In this document: in pieces, positions 51,942 to 62,737 of the stretch
Layout of the letters: each line of letters opens with the position of its first letter
How positions within the stretch are numbered: position 1 is the stretch's first letter
Assembly: GCA_016718825.1 (NCBI GenBank)
Contig: JADKCL010000001.1
Location: 152,574-216,573, forward strand
Length of the DNA stretch: 64,000 bases
Reading direction: 5' to 3'
Origin: Bacteroidota bacterium
Lineage (GTDB): Bacteria; Bacteroidota; Bacteroidia; J057; JADKCL01
Program-made: the position numbers and the translations under genes
The notes under the pieces: model-generated
The model's input: only the letters and a program-made list of their open reading frames with translations
Databases searched by the model: none
What the model was told of the DNA's origin: nothing

Positions 51942-51986
51942 AAAACAAGAGCCACACGGAGATTCGCCGCTGTGGCTCTTGTTTTT
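51942..51986 (+). terminator. rho-independent terminator after the OmpA-family gene
   Basis: AAAACAAGAGCCACA (51942-51956) pairs with TGTGGCTCTTGTTTT (51971-51985) around a 14-nt loop, running into a T-tract. Confidence 0.8.
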
Positions 51987-52144
51987 CAAAAACGATCCCT
52001 ACCCAATTCGGCTGAGGATACCCAGTCGGACGCGGTGATTGGATTTTGTCGGTCCGTCTTTCGGCAAGCTCCCCGGCCAAGGGATAATTTTCTTTGACAA
52101 TTCCCCATGCAAGCCCTATTTTTCGAAAAAGAAAGCGTTACAAT

Positions 52145-53167
52145 ATGGCAGAGCAAGACACTTTGAACAGTTTCATACAAGGAATTCCAAAGGCGGAATT
52201 GCACGTTCATATCGAGGGCACTTTTGAACCCGAATTGATGTTTGCCATCGCCCAGCGCAATCAGGTTCCGATCCGGTTTGCCTCGGTGGAGGAGGTGAAG
52301 CAGGCCTACAACTTCAGCAACCTTCAAGACTTTTTGGACATTTACTATGAGGGCGCCAAGGTCTTGCTGCACGAGCAGGATTTTTACGACCTGACTTTTA
52401 CCTATTTGGAGAAGTTGCATGCCCAAAACGTCGTGCATGCCGAGATCTTTTTTGATCCGCAGACGCATACCGATCGTGGTGTTTCCTTTGGTACCGTGAT
52501 CGACGGAATTTGGCGGGCTTGCCGTGATGCCGAATCCAAATGGGGTCTCTCCACCAGCCTGATCATGTGCTTTTTGCGGCATTTGGATGAGGCCAGCGCT
52601 TTTCAGACCCTGGAGCAAGCGTTGCCTTATCGGGACCGCATCATCGGCGTTGGCCTCGATTCTTCCGAACTTGGGCATCCACCGTCCAAGTTTCAACGGG
52701 TTTTCGCGCGCGCTGCCGAGGAGGGGCTTCTACTCGTTGCACATGCAGGCGAAGAGGGTCCGGCCGCGTATATATGGGAGGCATTGAATCTACTGAACAT
52801 TTCCCGCCTAGACCATGGAAACCGTTGTCTTGACGATGAAAAGCTCGTTGATGAACTCGTGCGCAGGCAAATGGCCTTGACGGTTTGTCCTTTGAGCAAC
52901 CTGAAACTTTGTGTGGTCAAGGACTTGAAAGACCATTCCCTCAAGACCATGCTCGACCGCGGATTGTTGGTGACCGTCAATTCGGATGACCCAGCCTATT
53001 TTGGCGGCGGAGTCAATGACAATTACGCCCATACAGCTGCTGCCATCGGCCTCAGCAAGCAAGACATTTATGAACTTGCCCGCAACTCGTTTATCGGCTC
53101 GTTTTTGCCCGAAGACCAGAAGCAGCAGCACCTCATCAACATTGACACTTATTATCAAGGAATTTAA
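52145..53167 (+). CDS. add: adenosine/adenine deaminase (amidohydrolase family)
   Basis: The ATG at 52145 gives MAEQDTLNSFIQGIPKAELHVHIEGT. VAHAGEEG and VNSDDPAYFGG are the metal and catalytic motifs. Confidence 0.85.
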   Translation: MAEQDTLNSFIQGIPKAELHVHIEGTFEPELMFAIAQRNQVPIRFASVEEVKQAYNFSNLQDFLDIYYEGAKVLLHEQDFYDLTFTYLEKLHAQNVVHAEIFFDPQTHTDRGVSFGTVIDGIWRACRDAESKWGLSTSLIMCFLRHLDEASAFQTLEQALPYRDRIIGVGLDSSELGHPPSKFQRVFARAAEEGLLLVAHAGEEGPAAYIWEALNLLNISRLDHGNRCLDDEKLVDELVRRQMALTVCPLSNLKLCVVKDLKDHSLKTMLDRGLLVTVNSDDPAYFGGGVNDNYAHTAAAIGLSKQDIYELARNSFIGSFLPEDQKQQHLINIDTYYQGI

Positions 53168-53176
53168 CACCACATC

Positions 53177-53416
53177 ATGGCCGAAGCACCCCGTACATCT
53201 TGGACATATTTGAAGGGCCCTTGGCATTCATTCGAATTGCGGATTTCAAAGGAAGGCGTCGAATTGAAGGAATATTGGGATCCGGGCAAAAACCCGAATG
53301 TGAGCCAATGCACGCTCGCTGCCTTTCTCGCAGGGTCCTTGCACGACGAGATCAATGCCAACATGAATGCAGGCGTGTTGGGGGAAGCCCTGGAAAGTGC
53401 GCGCAAGATCGCTTGA
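53177..53416 (+). CDS. hypothetical small protein (79 aa)
   Basis: The ORF is tightly packed 9 nt after add, with a balanced composition. No family is recognised, and several overlapping alternative-frame ORFs exist here. Confidence 0.35.
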   Translation: MAEAPRTSWTYLKGPWHSFELRISKEGVELKEYWDPGKNPNVSQCTLAAFLAGSLHDEINANMNAGVLGEALESARKIA

Positions 53417-53534
53417 GCCGACTTTGCGTGAATCAGGGCCAGGTTCATCGAGGGAAGTTTTAGCGCAAAGCCAAACGCCGAGCAGTGGGTAGCTGATCGG
53501 TGAAATGCCAACCTTCAACGTATTTTGAAGTACA

Positions 53535-54098
53535 ATGAATGCCTATCTCGCCCCCATTTTAGTAGAAGCCCGGTTGCTCCCCGACAGATTTCAGGAGTCC
53601 TTCGGCAATTTGAATGAAGTCCAGCTGAATTGGAAGCCCGATCCTGAAACGTGGAGCATTGGCGAATGCATCGACCACCTCATCACGACCAACCGCAGTT
53701 ACTTTGCGCAGTTGGAGGCGATTACGCGCGGGGACAAACATGTCTCGTTTTGGGAGAAGCTGCCCATCCTCCATGGATTTTGGGGACGGATGCTGATCAA
53801 GGCAACCGCGGAGAAAGTAACCAAAAAGGCGAAGGTCCCTGCAGCCTTTCGTCCTACCCGAAGCCACTTTTCAGTAACCATTCTTTCGGAATTTGGGGTA
53901 CAGCACCGGTATTTGCTGGACCTCGTAGAAAAGTTGCAGCACATGGATCATCATTCGCTCATCATTTCATCGCCAGCAGCAAGCTTTGTCACCTACAGCC
54001 TGCAAGATGGCTTGACAATCATTTTCCAGCATGAAAGGCGGCATTATCGACAAGCATTGGCATTGTTGACCAGACCCGATTTCCCCAAAAACACCTGA
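53535..54098 (+). CDS. DinB-family protein
   Basis: 187 aa with WSIGECIDHLITTNRSYF and a C-terminal FQHERRHYRQA, the His triad pattern of the DinB_2 four-helix bundle. Confidence 0.7.
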   Translation: MNAYLAPILVEARLLPDRFQESFGNLNEVQLNWKPDPETWSIGECIDHLITTNRSYFAQLEAITRGDKHVSFWEKLPILHGFWGRMLIKATAEKVTKKAKVPAAFRPTRSHFSVTILSEFGVQHRYLLDLVEKLQHMDHHSLIISSPAASFVTYSLQDGLTIIFQHERRHYRQALALLTRPDFPKNT

Positions 54099-54099
54099 C

Positions 54100-54804
54100 A
54101 TGGATCAACCTACATTCGCGGAAAAGGTGATTCGGTTCAATCGGGAGTTGGACTTCACTGGAAGCCTGCCCGCTGGTTTTGCGATGATGAATCCATTTCG
54201 GGAGAATCCGGTTGCTTTGGCCTGTTCAGAAACGTTCTACCGACAGTATTACAATGACCATCGGCCGAGGCGCTTGATCTTGGGGATCAATCCAGGCAGA
54301 TTTGGAGCGGGGGTCACAGGGATTCCCTTCACGGACCCCAAACGTCTCATTGATGTCTGTAAGATTCCCTTCGTTGGCAAGCTGGAGCACGAGCCCTCCT
54401 CTGTCTATGTTTATGAAGTCATCGCTGCCTATGGCGGAGCAGCCGCATTTTACAGTGATGTCTATATTAATTCGGTTTGTCCACTTGGGTTCACTACCCA
54501 AAGCGCAAAAGGTAAAGTAGTTAATGTGAATTACTACGATGACAAGTCACTGACAGAGGCTGTTTTACCTTTTATTCTGGAAAGTATTCAAAAGCAGCTC
54601 GATATCGGGGTTGACAAGGATTGTTGTTTCTGCTTCGGAACGGGCAAGAACTACAAATTCTTGCAGCAGATCAACCAAGCGCACGGTTTTTTTGGAAAGA
54701 TCGTTCCAATGGAACACCCGCGGTTTATCATGCAATACAAAGCCAAATCCAAGCAGCGGTATATTGACGAATACCTGAATTTACTTCGCCATCCGAACGT
54801 TTGA
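54100..54804 (+). CDS. uracil-DNA glycosylase superfamily protein (SMUG-like / DUF4918-type)
   Basis: 234 aa. LILGINPGRFGAGVTGIPFTDP resembles UDG motif A and HPRFIMQY resembles motif B. The subfamily comes from memory only. Confidence 0.5.
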   Translation: MDQPTFAEKVIRFNRELDFTGSLPAGFAMMNPFRENPVALACSETFYRQYYNDHRPRRLILGINPGRFGAGVTGIPFTDPKRLIDVCKIPFVGKLEHEPSSVYVYEVIAAYGGAAAFYSDVYINSVCPLGFTTQSAKGKVVNVNYYDDKSLTEAVLPFILESIQKQLDIGVDKDCCFCFGTGKNYKFLQQINQAHGFFGKIVPMEHPRFIMQYKAKSKQRYIDEYLNLLRHPNV

Positions 54805-54824
54805 AGTCGCGTCTGTGCCTAAGC

Positions 54825-55574
54825 CTAAAGTTGCTGCACCATTTCTTGGGTCAGCACTTTGAGTTTGATCAGCGCATCTTGTGAGGCGTTTTGTTCGGCA
54901 ACCTTTTTCTTTTTGCCGACGCCAGTCCCGATGACTTTCTCACCAATCTTGACATCTATTTTGAAAAATTTGTCATTGCCTTCGCCTTTTTCAGCTACGA
55001 GCTCGTAGGTGAGGTTTTCCAATTTCTCCTTTTGCACGTGTTCGAGCAACATGGATTTGAAATTGTAAATGGTGTCTTCCATTTCACCCAGGTCCACATG
55101 GTCGTGCAAAATCTTGCCAATGATGAACTTCTTGGTTTTGATATACCCCAAGTCCATGTAGACGGCACCGATAAAAGCCTCCAATGCGTCACCAAACATG
55201 CTTTTGTTGACTTGGCCTTTGCGGGTTTTGTTGAATTGGATCAGCGAATCGAGTTTGATCTTCTTGCAAATCTCATTCAACGATCCCCGGTTGACGATCT
55301 TGGCGCGCATTTCGGTGAGGAAACCCTCATCCTGAGTCGGATAGAGCTTGAACAAGTATTCCGAGACAACGGCGTCCAATACGGTATCACCCAGGAACTC
55401 CAGCCGTTCATTGCATTCTTGATGGCTGAACTTGCGGGTAGTCACAAGGGACGAATGGCGCAATGCAAGGTGATACAGGAATGGATCATTGGGCGTAAAT
55501 CCAGTAATCATACGGACTTGACCAACAAACCCTTTTTCCTTGGAAAAATAACGATTGTAAAGCGTTCTGAACAA
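54825..55574 (-). CDS. rnc: ribonuclease III
   Basis: 249 aa with the RNase III signature NERLEFLGDTVLD and a C-terminal dsRBD (KSMLLEHVQKE...GVGKKKKVAEQNASQDAL). Confidence 0.9.
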   Translation of the reverse strand: MFRTLYNRYFSKEKGFVGQVRMITGFTPNDPFLYHLALRHSSLVTTRKFSHQECNERLEFLGDTVLDAVVSEYLFKLYPTQDEGFLTEMRAKIVNRGSLNEICKKIKLDSLIQFNKTRKGQVNKSMFGDALEAFIGAVYMDLGYIKTKKFIIGKILHDHVDLGEMEDTIYNFKSMLLEHVQKEKLENLTYELVAEKGEGNDKFFKIDVKIGEKVIGTGVGKKKKVAEQNASQDALIKLKVLTQEMVQQL

Positions 55575-55698
55575 AAGACCTCCTTCCAGTCAGCAATCCC
55601 AACGAGGTGGAAATAGTCGCAACGCACATCGCCAAAGTGGCATGTACGGGTTCTGATTTACCTCAAGGGGAGAACAGTAAATATTCCTTACTGAACGA

Positions 55699-56943
55699 TT
55701 AGTCCAGTTTACGGAACACCACCGAGGCATTGTGCCCACCGAAACCGAAGGTGTTGCTAATGGCAACACGCACATCGCGTTTCACGGCAGTGTGGAATGT
55801 GTAATTGAGGTCGCATTCCGGATCATCCGTAAAGTGGTTGATCGTCGGGGGAACGACCCCGTGATAAATGGACAGGACGGAGGCAATGGCCTCGATGGCT
55901 CCAGCAGCGCCGAGGAGGTGGCCGGTCATCGATTTGGTAGAACTTATATTCAGCTTGTGAGCGTGATCGCCAAAAAGCCTTTTGATGGCTTTGGTTTCAG
56001 CGATGTCTCCTAGCGGAGTAGAAGTGCCGTGAACATTGACATAATCGACTTCGGAAGGCAAGATGCCAGCTTGGTCGAGGCATTGCTTCATCACGCCATG
56101 TGCGCCGTCTCCATCGGGATGGGGCGCAGTGATATGATAGGCGTCGGCTGTCATGCCTACGCCACACAATTCACCGTAAATGCGCGCTCCCCTTGCCTTG
56201 GCATGCTCGTATTCTTCGAGCACCAAAACACCTGCACCTTCACCCAAGACAAATCCATCGCGGTCCACATCAAAGGGACGGCTGGCAGTCGAGGGGTCAT
56301 CATTGCGGGTCGAGAGCGCCTTCATGGCGTTAAATCCGCCAATACCAGCTTCCACAACCGCTGCTTCGGCGCCTCCTGCAAGCATGAGATCCGCAATTCC
56401 ATTGCGAATGAGCATGAAGGCGTCGGCGATACAGTTGCTGGACGTGGCACAGGCGGAAACCGTGCTGTAATTGGGACCTCTTAGACCGTACTTGATCGAC
56501 ACGTGGCCCGAAGCGATGTCGATGATCATTTTAGGGATAAAGAACGGATTGAAGCGCGGGGTGCCATCTCCTTTGTAGAAGTCCCGGACTTCTTCTTGGA
56601 AGGTAAGCAGGCCACCAATGCCAGATCCTAGGATCACACCAAACTTGGTCGGATCGTAGTCGCCCGGCTGCAGACCGGAGTCGGCCATCGCTTCGTCTGA
56701 AGTGACAACAGCATAATGACAGAAAGGATCCATTTTTCTGGCTTCCTTTCTGTCAATAAATGCACCGATATCGAAGTTCTTGACCTCACAGGCAAATTGC
56801 GTCTTGAATTTGCTCGCATCAAATCGAGTGATGGGAGCAGCTCCACTTACACCATTCATCAAACCCTGCCAATATTCCTTGGCGGTGTTCCCGATGGGGG
56901 TAAGCGCACCCAAACCTGTGACGACGACCCTTCGCTTCGACAT
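55699..56943 (-). CDS. fabF: beta-ketoacyl-ACP synthase II
   Basis: 414 aa with RRVVVTGLGALTPIGN, the active-site SACATSS, HGTSTPLGD and NTFGFGGHN. Confidence 0.95.
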   Translation of the reverse strand: MSKRRVVVTGLGALTPIGNTAKEYWQGLMNGVSGAAPITRFDASKFKTQFACEVKNFDIGAFIDRKEARKMDPFCHYAVVTSDEAMADSGLQPGDYDPTKFGVILGSGIGGLLTFQEEVRDFYKGDGTPRFNPFFIPKMIIDIASGHVSIKYGLRGPNYSTVSACATSSNCIADAFMLIRNGIADLMLAGGAEAAVVEAGIGGFNAMKALSTRNDDPSTASRPFDVDRDGFVLGEGAGVLVLEEYEHAKARGARIYGELCGVGMTADAYHITAPHPDGDGAHGVMKQCLDQAGILPSEVDYVNVHGTSTPLGDIAETKAIKRLFGDHAHKLNISSTKSMTGHLLGAAGAIEAIASVLSIYHGVVPPTINHFTDDPECDLNYTFHTAVKRDVRVAISNTFGFGGHNASVVFRKLD

Positions 56944-56946
56944 GTA

Positions 56947-57183
56947 TTACTTGCTGTTCGCTTCGAGATAAGTAATTGCGTCGCCGACAGTCATGATCTT
57001 TTCGGCGGCTTCATCAGGAATGCTGATGTTGAATTCTTTTTCAAACTCCATGATCAACTCGACAGTGTCAAGCGAGTCGGCACCGAGGTCATTGGCGAAG
57101 CTGGCTTCACGGGTTACTTCCGCCTCCTCGACACCCAACTTGTCAACGATGATAGAGGTTACTTTTTTTGCGATTTCGGACAT
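56947..57183 (-). CDS. acpP: acyl carrier protein
   Basis: The ATG at 57183 gives the 78-aa [18 protein letters not shown]...[16 protein letters not shown], with the phosphopantetheine Ser in DSLD. Confidence 0.95.
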   Translation of the reverse strand: MSEIAKKVTSIIVDKLGVEEAEVTREASFANDLGADSLDTVELIMEFEKEFNISIPDEAAEKIMTVGDAITYLEANSK

Positions 57184-57257
57184 CTTGGTAATGCTTTTAG
57201 TTCCTACTGTGCTTTTATTGAGACCCACCAATGTAGTGAGTCCCCTTGAAACTGCCG

Positions 57258-57265
57258 CAAATATA
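57258..57265 (-). promoter_or_regulatory. candidate Bacteroidota -7 promoter box (TATATTTG on the minus strand) upstream of acpP-fabF-rnc
   Basis: Plus-strand CAAATATA at 57258-57265 is TATATTTG on the minus strand and matches TAnnTTTG. It lies ~75 nt upstream of the acpP ATG. Confidence 0.3.
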
Positions 57266-57419
57266 ATATTTTTCTTTTTCCAACAAGCAATTGCGATTTC
57301 CCTTCACATCAGATCTGCCAAGCCAACCAAGAGCTAATTGTCATTTTAACACTAACTCCCTCCGCCGGACGATTTTGTTGCTGAAAACTTCCTATCTTCG
57401 CTCACCTAAAGCAAAGGAT

Positions 57420-57821
57420 GTGGCAAAGAAGAATGTACTCGATTTTGGAAACGACCACTCGGCCACAGTGATCGGAATCGCCTCCAATGATAAAATTTGG
57501 AAGCTTTGCTGGAAACTTAACCAGGTTTTGTCGATCAACCTCGCAACAGCCGAGGACGATGTGACCCGTGTCAAAGGCCCGATTTTGTACACGGATTTCG
57601 AATCTGATCCAGATTTTGAATTCACATTCTTTGAAAACAACCTCAAACCCACACAAGGAACCAAGCTTTCCAGGCAATTCCGCTATTGGCTGGTAATCGG
57701 CAGTAAAAAGGATGATGAGCTTCATTCACAGCGGTTTTTGCAATTAATCGGCACCATTGACATTGTTTCTCTGGCGCACGATCTCACAGAAGAAAAAGAC
57801 ATAAAAAAATTACTCCCGTGA
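57420..57821 (+). CDS. hypothetical protein, possibly IPExxxVDY-family, a conserved small Bacteroidota protein
   Basis: The in-frame GTG at 57420 gives VAKKNVLDFGNDHSATVIGIASNDKIWKLCWKLNQVL. The ORF is open from 57291. The family name is a weak recollection. Its stop overlaps the pyk GTG start (GTGA). Confidence 0.45.
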   Translation: MAKKNVLDFGNDHSATVIGIASNDKIWKLCWKLNQVLSINLATAEDDVTRVKGPILYTDFESDPDFEFTFFENNLKPTQGTKLSRQFRYWLVIGSKKDDELHSQRFLQLIGTIDIVSLAHDLTEEKDIKKLLP

Positions 57822-59251
57822 ATTTTACGAAATACAACCGCACCAAGGTCGTCTGCACGATCGGACCGGCTTCCAATACAGAGGATATGCTCAGGAAGAT
57901 GATTCATGCGGGCATGGATGTCGCTCGTTTGAACTTTTCACACGGCACCCATGAAGAGCATGCGCAGGTCATTGCGATGATTCGCAAATTAAGCGAGGAA
58001 CTTGCAGTGCCTGTCACGATTTTGCAAGACTTGCAAGGTCCCAAAATCAGGGTAGGAAAGCTGGATAAGCCTTATCCCGTCAAGCCGGGTGACCGCGTAT
58101 TCCTTTCTACGTCCATTGAGGAGCAAGACGGAAATGTGTTGCCGATGCAGTATGAGACATTTGCCAAGGACGTGAAAGTGGGTGACCTCATTCTCGCGGA
58201 CGATGGCAAGGTCGCGCTCACCGTCATTTCGACGAATGGCACTGACAAAGTGGAGCTGGAAGTCACGCATGGCGAAGCCATCGGCAGCAAAAAAGGGGTG
58301 AATTTGCCTTATACCTCGATTTCGATGTCAGCACTTTCTGACAAGGATGCCAAGGACCTTGAATTCGGAATCAAGCAAAATGTGGACTGGGTGGCACTTT
58401 CCTTTGTGCGTACGGCACAGGAAGTACGTGACTTGAAGCGCCGAATCAAGGAGTCTGGCAGCGACATCAAGGTGATGAGCAAAATCGAAAAGCCGGAGGC
58501 GCTCAAAAACATCGATGAGATTATTGCCGAAAGCGATGGCGTCATGGTAGCGCGTGGCGACCTTGGCGTTGAAATTCCGCTGGAGCAGGTTCCAATGTGG
58601 CAAAAGCGCATCGTACGCAAATGCAACGTCATGGGTAGGCCCGTGATCGTAGCCACGCAGATGATGGAAAGTATGATTGACAACCGTCGCCCAACCCGAG
58701 CGGAGGCCAATGACGTTGCCAATGCTGTCACCGACGGTGCAGATGCGGTCATGCTTTCCGGTGAAACCGCTGCCGGCAAGTACCCCATCGAGACCATCGA
58801 AAGCATGGAAAAAATCATCGAGATCGTCGAAAGCAGCATGGACGAAATCTACTTCCGCAACATGGAAGCCGACACTGCTTCACCGACCTTCATTCATGAT
58901 TGTACCATTGTACATGGTTGCGGATTGGCGCAACAAACTGGCGCCACTGCATTGGTCGGCATGACGGCATCCGGCTATACAGCCTATCAGCTTTCCAAAT
59001 GCCGTCCCAAAAGCAGCATTTACATCTTCACCCACAACCGCCGGATGATCAATCAACTCAACTTGGTCTGGGGCGTGCGGGTATTTTATTACGACAACGA
59101 CGAAGGTACCGACAAGACAATTGACGATACCACCGATATTCTGAAACTGAAGCGTTTGGTCAAACGCGACGATATCGTGGTGCACTTTGCCTCCATGCCA
59201 TTGCGCCATAGACTGCGTACCAATGCCATCAAAATTGCGGTCGTGGACTAG
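57818..59251 (+). CDS. pyk: pyruvate kinase
   Basis: 477 aa with RTKVVCTIGPAS, ARLNFSHG, IKVMSKIE, MVARGDLGVEIP and ATQMMESM. Confidence 0.95.
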   Translation: MNFTKYNRTKVVCTIGPASNTEDMLRKMIHAGMDVARLNFSHGTHEEHAQVIAMIRKLSEELAVPVTILQDLQGPKIRVGKLDKPYPVKPGDRVFLSTSIEEQDGNVLPMQYETFAKDVKVGDLILADDGKVALTVISTNGTDKVELEVTHGEAIGSKKGVNLPYTSISMSALSDKDAKDLEFGIKQNVDWVALSFVRTAQEVRDLKRRIKESGSDIKVMSKIEKPEALKNIDEIIAESDGVMVARGDLGVEIPLEQVPMWQKRIVRKCNVMGRPVIVATQMMESMIDNRRPTRAEANDVANAVTDGADAVMLSGETAAGKYPIETIESMEKIIEIVESSMDEIYFRNMEADTASPTFIHDCTIVHGCGLAQQTGATALVGMTASGYTAYQLSKCRPKSSIYIFTHNRRMINQLNLVWGVRVFYYDNDEGTDKTIDDTTDILKLKRLVKRDDIVVHFASMPLRHRLRTNAIKIAVVD

Positions 59252-59273
59252 TTTGGATGGTTCCGGGCAGATA

Positions 59274-59316
59274 AATGAAGGCGGAATTTCCACGGGAGTT
59301 CCGCCTTCATTGTTTT
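59274..59316 (+). terminator. rho-independent terminator after pyk
   Basis: AATGAAGGCGGA (59274-59285) pairs with TCCGCCTTCATT (59300-59311). It is followed by GTTTTG. Confidence 0.75.
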
Positions 59317-59342
59317 GTGATTTCCCGATTAGCATCATTACC

Positions 59343-59383
59343 AAAGAAAACGGGCATCCGAACCGAAGTCCCGATGCCCGTTT
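59343..59383 (-). terminator. rho-independent terminator after fbaA (minus strand)
   Basis: AAACGGGCATC (59348-59358) pairs with GATGCCCGTTT (59373-59383). On the minus strand the stem is followed by TTTTCTTT. Confidence 0.75.
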
Positions 59384-59404
59384 GGATGGAATAACTTTTT
59401 AGAC

Positions 59405-60466
<1,062 letters not shown>

Positions 60467-60658
60467 TTCTGGAGGTGTTGATTTCTATTGAAAATTCCTT
60501 CGAATGAACGAAAGGACAAATGTAGCCAAGAATTGAAAACGGACAATGTGCATTTCGACTTGTTCCGGGGGATGCACGAATTGATTTTGGTCAGTGCCTT
60601 GTGGTTGACTCCGGAGGAAACGATATTTGGAAGAACTGCCTCCAATGGCACTTTCAAG

Positions 60659-61828
60659 ATGAAGACTCCCCGACATGCTATTTTTATTGCTGGCGCAGGC
60701 GGTATCGGCCGTGCAGCAGGATTGTTGCTGCAGAAACTGGTGAAGCCGTCCGAAGCAGGATTCGAGGCCGAAATCTGGATTGGCGACATTTCTCAGCGCG
60801 CAGTGGATGAAGCCTTGCGGTTTATCGCCGCCGGTTCGCCTGCCAAACGCTTGCACGGGGTTTTGATGCCCAAGGAGGGCGCTGACGACGGATTCATCCA
60901 AGCCCTGAAATCCTGCAAAGTGCTGCTGGATTGTCTTCCCGGCTCCCAAGCGCCGCGTATGGCAAGACTCGCCCGAGAATACGGCCTTCATTATGCCAAC
61001 CTCACAGAATATGTGCATGAAACAGACGAAATCCGAAAAATTGCCGAAGGGGCCGAAACGGGATTCATCCTGCAAACAGGACTGGCGCCAGGGTTTATCG
61101 GCGTATTGGCCATGCACCTGATCCACGAATTCAGGGAAAAATTTGGCGGTGCCAAAGAGCTCGAATATGTTTCCATGAAGGTGGGAGCTTTAACGGGGAG
61201 TGCAAATCCGCCGCATTTTTATGGATTTACCTGGAGCACGATCGGTGTTGCGACCGAGTATGTCAAGGACGCGATCGTGATTCGGGACTTCAAGACGACC
61301 AACTTGCCCAGCCTCAGTGAATACGAGCAGTTGATCATCGACGGGGTGCACTACGAGGCGGATTTAACGTCAGGCGGTGCGGCTGATCTGCCCGAGGCCT
61401 TGGCCGGAATCGCAAAAAAGCTGGACTATAAAACCATTCGATGGCCGGGTCACTACGAATGGGTGCAGCAGCAATTGACGTTGGTACCGCCGGGCGAGGA
61501 CCAAGCCAAGGCTTTGGAGGCGAGGATGCTGGAACAGATTCCGGTCTGCGAAGACGATGTCGTCGTCATTCAAGCTTACGTGACTGCCCGCGACGGTCAC
61601 GGGCAATTGCGCCTTCATGGAAAAAACTACCGCATCGGCCCCAAAATGATCGGCAATCAAGTCTTGCGCGCAATCCAAACGACCACAGCGGCACCTCTCG
61701 TGGAATGCGCCCGCATGTTGCTCACCGACAAATACAAAGGCATTGTTTTACAAAGCCAACTTGATACGACTGCCTTCCTCAACGGTCCCTTTGTGAAGGC
61801 GATCTACGGGGGAGGAAATGAGAAATGA
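60659..61828 (+). CDS. saccharopine dehydrogenase-like NAD(P)-binding oxidoreductase
   Basis: The ATG at 60659 gives MKTPRHAIFIAGAGGIGRAAGLLL (Rossmann GxGxxG). The ~389-aa size and layout resemble Sacchrp_dh family proteins. The specific function is unknown. Confidence 0.55.
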   Translation: MKTPRHAIFIAGAGGIGRAAGLLLQKLVKPSEAGFEAEIWIGDISQRAVDEALRFIAAGSPAKRLHGVLMPKEGADDGFIQALKSCKVLLDCLPGSQAPRMARLAREYGLHYANLTEYVHETDEIRKIAEGAETGFILQTGLAPGFIGVLAMHLIHEFREKFGGAKELEYVSMKVGALTGSANPPHFYGFTWSTIGVATEYVKDAIVIRDFKTTNLPSLSEYEQLIIDGVHYEADLTSGGAADLPEALAGIAKKLDYKTIRWPGHYEWVQQQLTLVPPGEDQAKALEARMLEQIPVCEDDVVVIQAYVTARDGHGQLRLHGKNYRIGPKMIGNQVLRAIQTTTAAPLVECARMLLTDKYKGIVLQSQLDTTAFLNGPFVKAIYGGGNEK

Positions 61829-62126
61829 GAAATGAGAAATGAAAAATTGCGGGGAATTCGCATCAGCAAATGAGAAACGAAGTTCAGCGAAGCTAAATGA
61901 AGAATCGCAGATCGGCGCAGCCAATTGCGGAGCAATCAGCGACGCTGATTAGAGATTGGAACAGCGAAGACCTTTGAAAAGCACAATTCTGAACGGGCCC
62001 TACAGCAAATGAGAAGTTACGTGGGCTGAGACGTCAATGACTTTCACCAGCCTGAGAAATGAAAGCACAGGGTCGATAATACCTTACCGAATCATTTCTC
62101 ATTTCTCATTGCTAATTTCTCATTCA
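61813..62126. repeat. 314-bp non-coding element bounded by mirrored heptamer arrays (AGGAAAT GAGAAAT x3 GAAAAAT ... TCATTTC x2 TCATTGC TAATTTC TCATTCA); MITE-like or a long-range stem
   Basis: A 19-nt perfect inverted repeat, AATGAGAAATGAGAAATGA (within 61817-61842) versus TCATTTCTCATTTCTCATT (62092-62110). The stop codons of both convergent flanking genes (TGA at 61826-61828; TCA at 62124-62126) lie inside the arrays. Internal AAATGAGAA-like copies sit near 61869, 62007 and 62053. Confidence 0.7.
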
Positions 62127-62528
62127 ATTCAGGCATTTGAACGACTTCACCTTCAGATAGGTAATCGTTCCAGGGCTGCAAACGTCCTGATTACTCGGGG
62201 CGATGGTGTGTGAAACCATTTTGCCGGTCACTTGGAGGCGGTTGCATTCCATTTTTTCATTGGCGCGTTGATAGTCTTCCAATTCGCCTTTTTCAAAACA
62301 GACTTTGATTTCCTTGCCAGCGGATGTTGTCAAAACGCCACCATCAAAGCAATGGCAACTCAACGTCTGCATGACACCGCGGTAACTGCGGAATTCGCCC
62401 TTGAAGGTCACGGATTTTGTGGCAGCGGCAGCAGGTGCAGCAGGCGCAGTTACGGATTTCGTGTTTTGGCTCCATGCCATCAAGCAGGTGACCATCAGAA
62501 GGAAAGAAAGGAGGGAAGCTTTTTTCAT
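62124..62528 (-). CDS. hypothetical secreted Cys-rich protein
   Basis: 134 aa with the signal peptide MKKASLLSFLLMVTCLMAWSQ and 7 Cys in the mature part. No family is recognised. Confidence 0.5.
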   Translation of the reverse strand: MKKASLLSFLLMVTCLMAWSQNTKSVTAPAAPAAAATKSVTFKGEFRSYRGVMQTLSCHCFDGGVLTTSAGKEIKVCFEKGELEDYQRANEKMECNRLQVTGKMVSHTIAPSNQDVCSPGTITYLKVKSFKCLN

Positions 62529-62737
62529 TGCAATCGCAGTTTTGGGGTGAAATCTTGAAGATGCAAAAATGGTACCAATTCGGCAAAAGACAATCTAGCA
62601 CCCCTTCGAATTCCAGCGCAGCCTTTGCCGCGTGCGCCATTCGAAAGAAAATTCAGTATTTTTCATTCGGCTCAGGCAACCCCGACGCTGCTGCTTGCAT
62701 TAAGACAGATGTAGCCCAGTGAAAACACAAAAAGATT

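Noticed and set aside
60488-60658. The N-terminal 57 codons of ORF 60488..61828
   Set aside because: The Rossmann GxGxxG motif begins immediately after the internal ATG at 60659. The upstream extension has no hydrophobic or domain character and nearly abuts the fbaA start region on the other strand.
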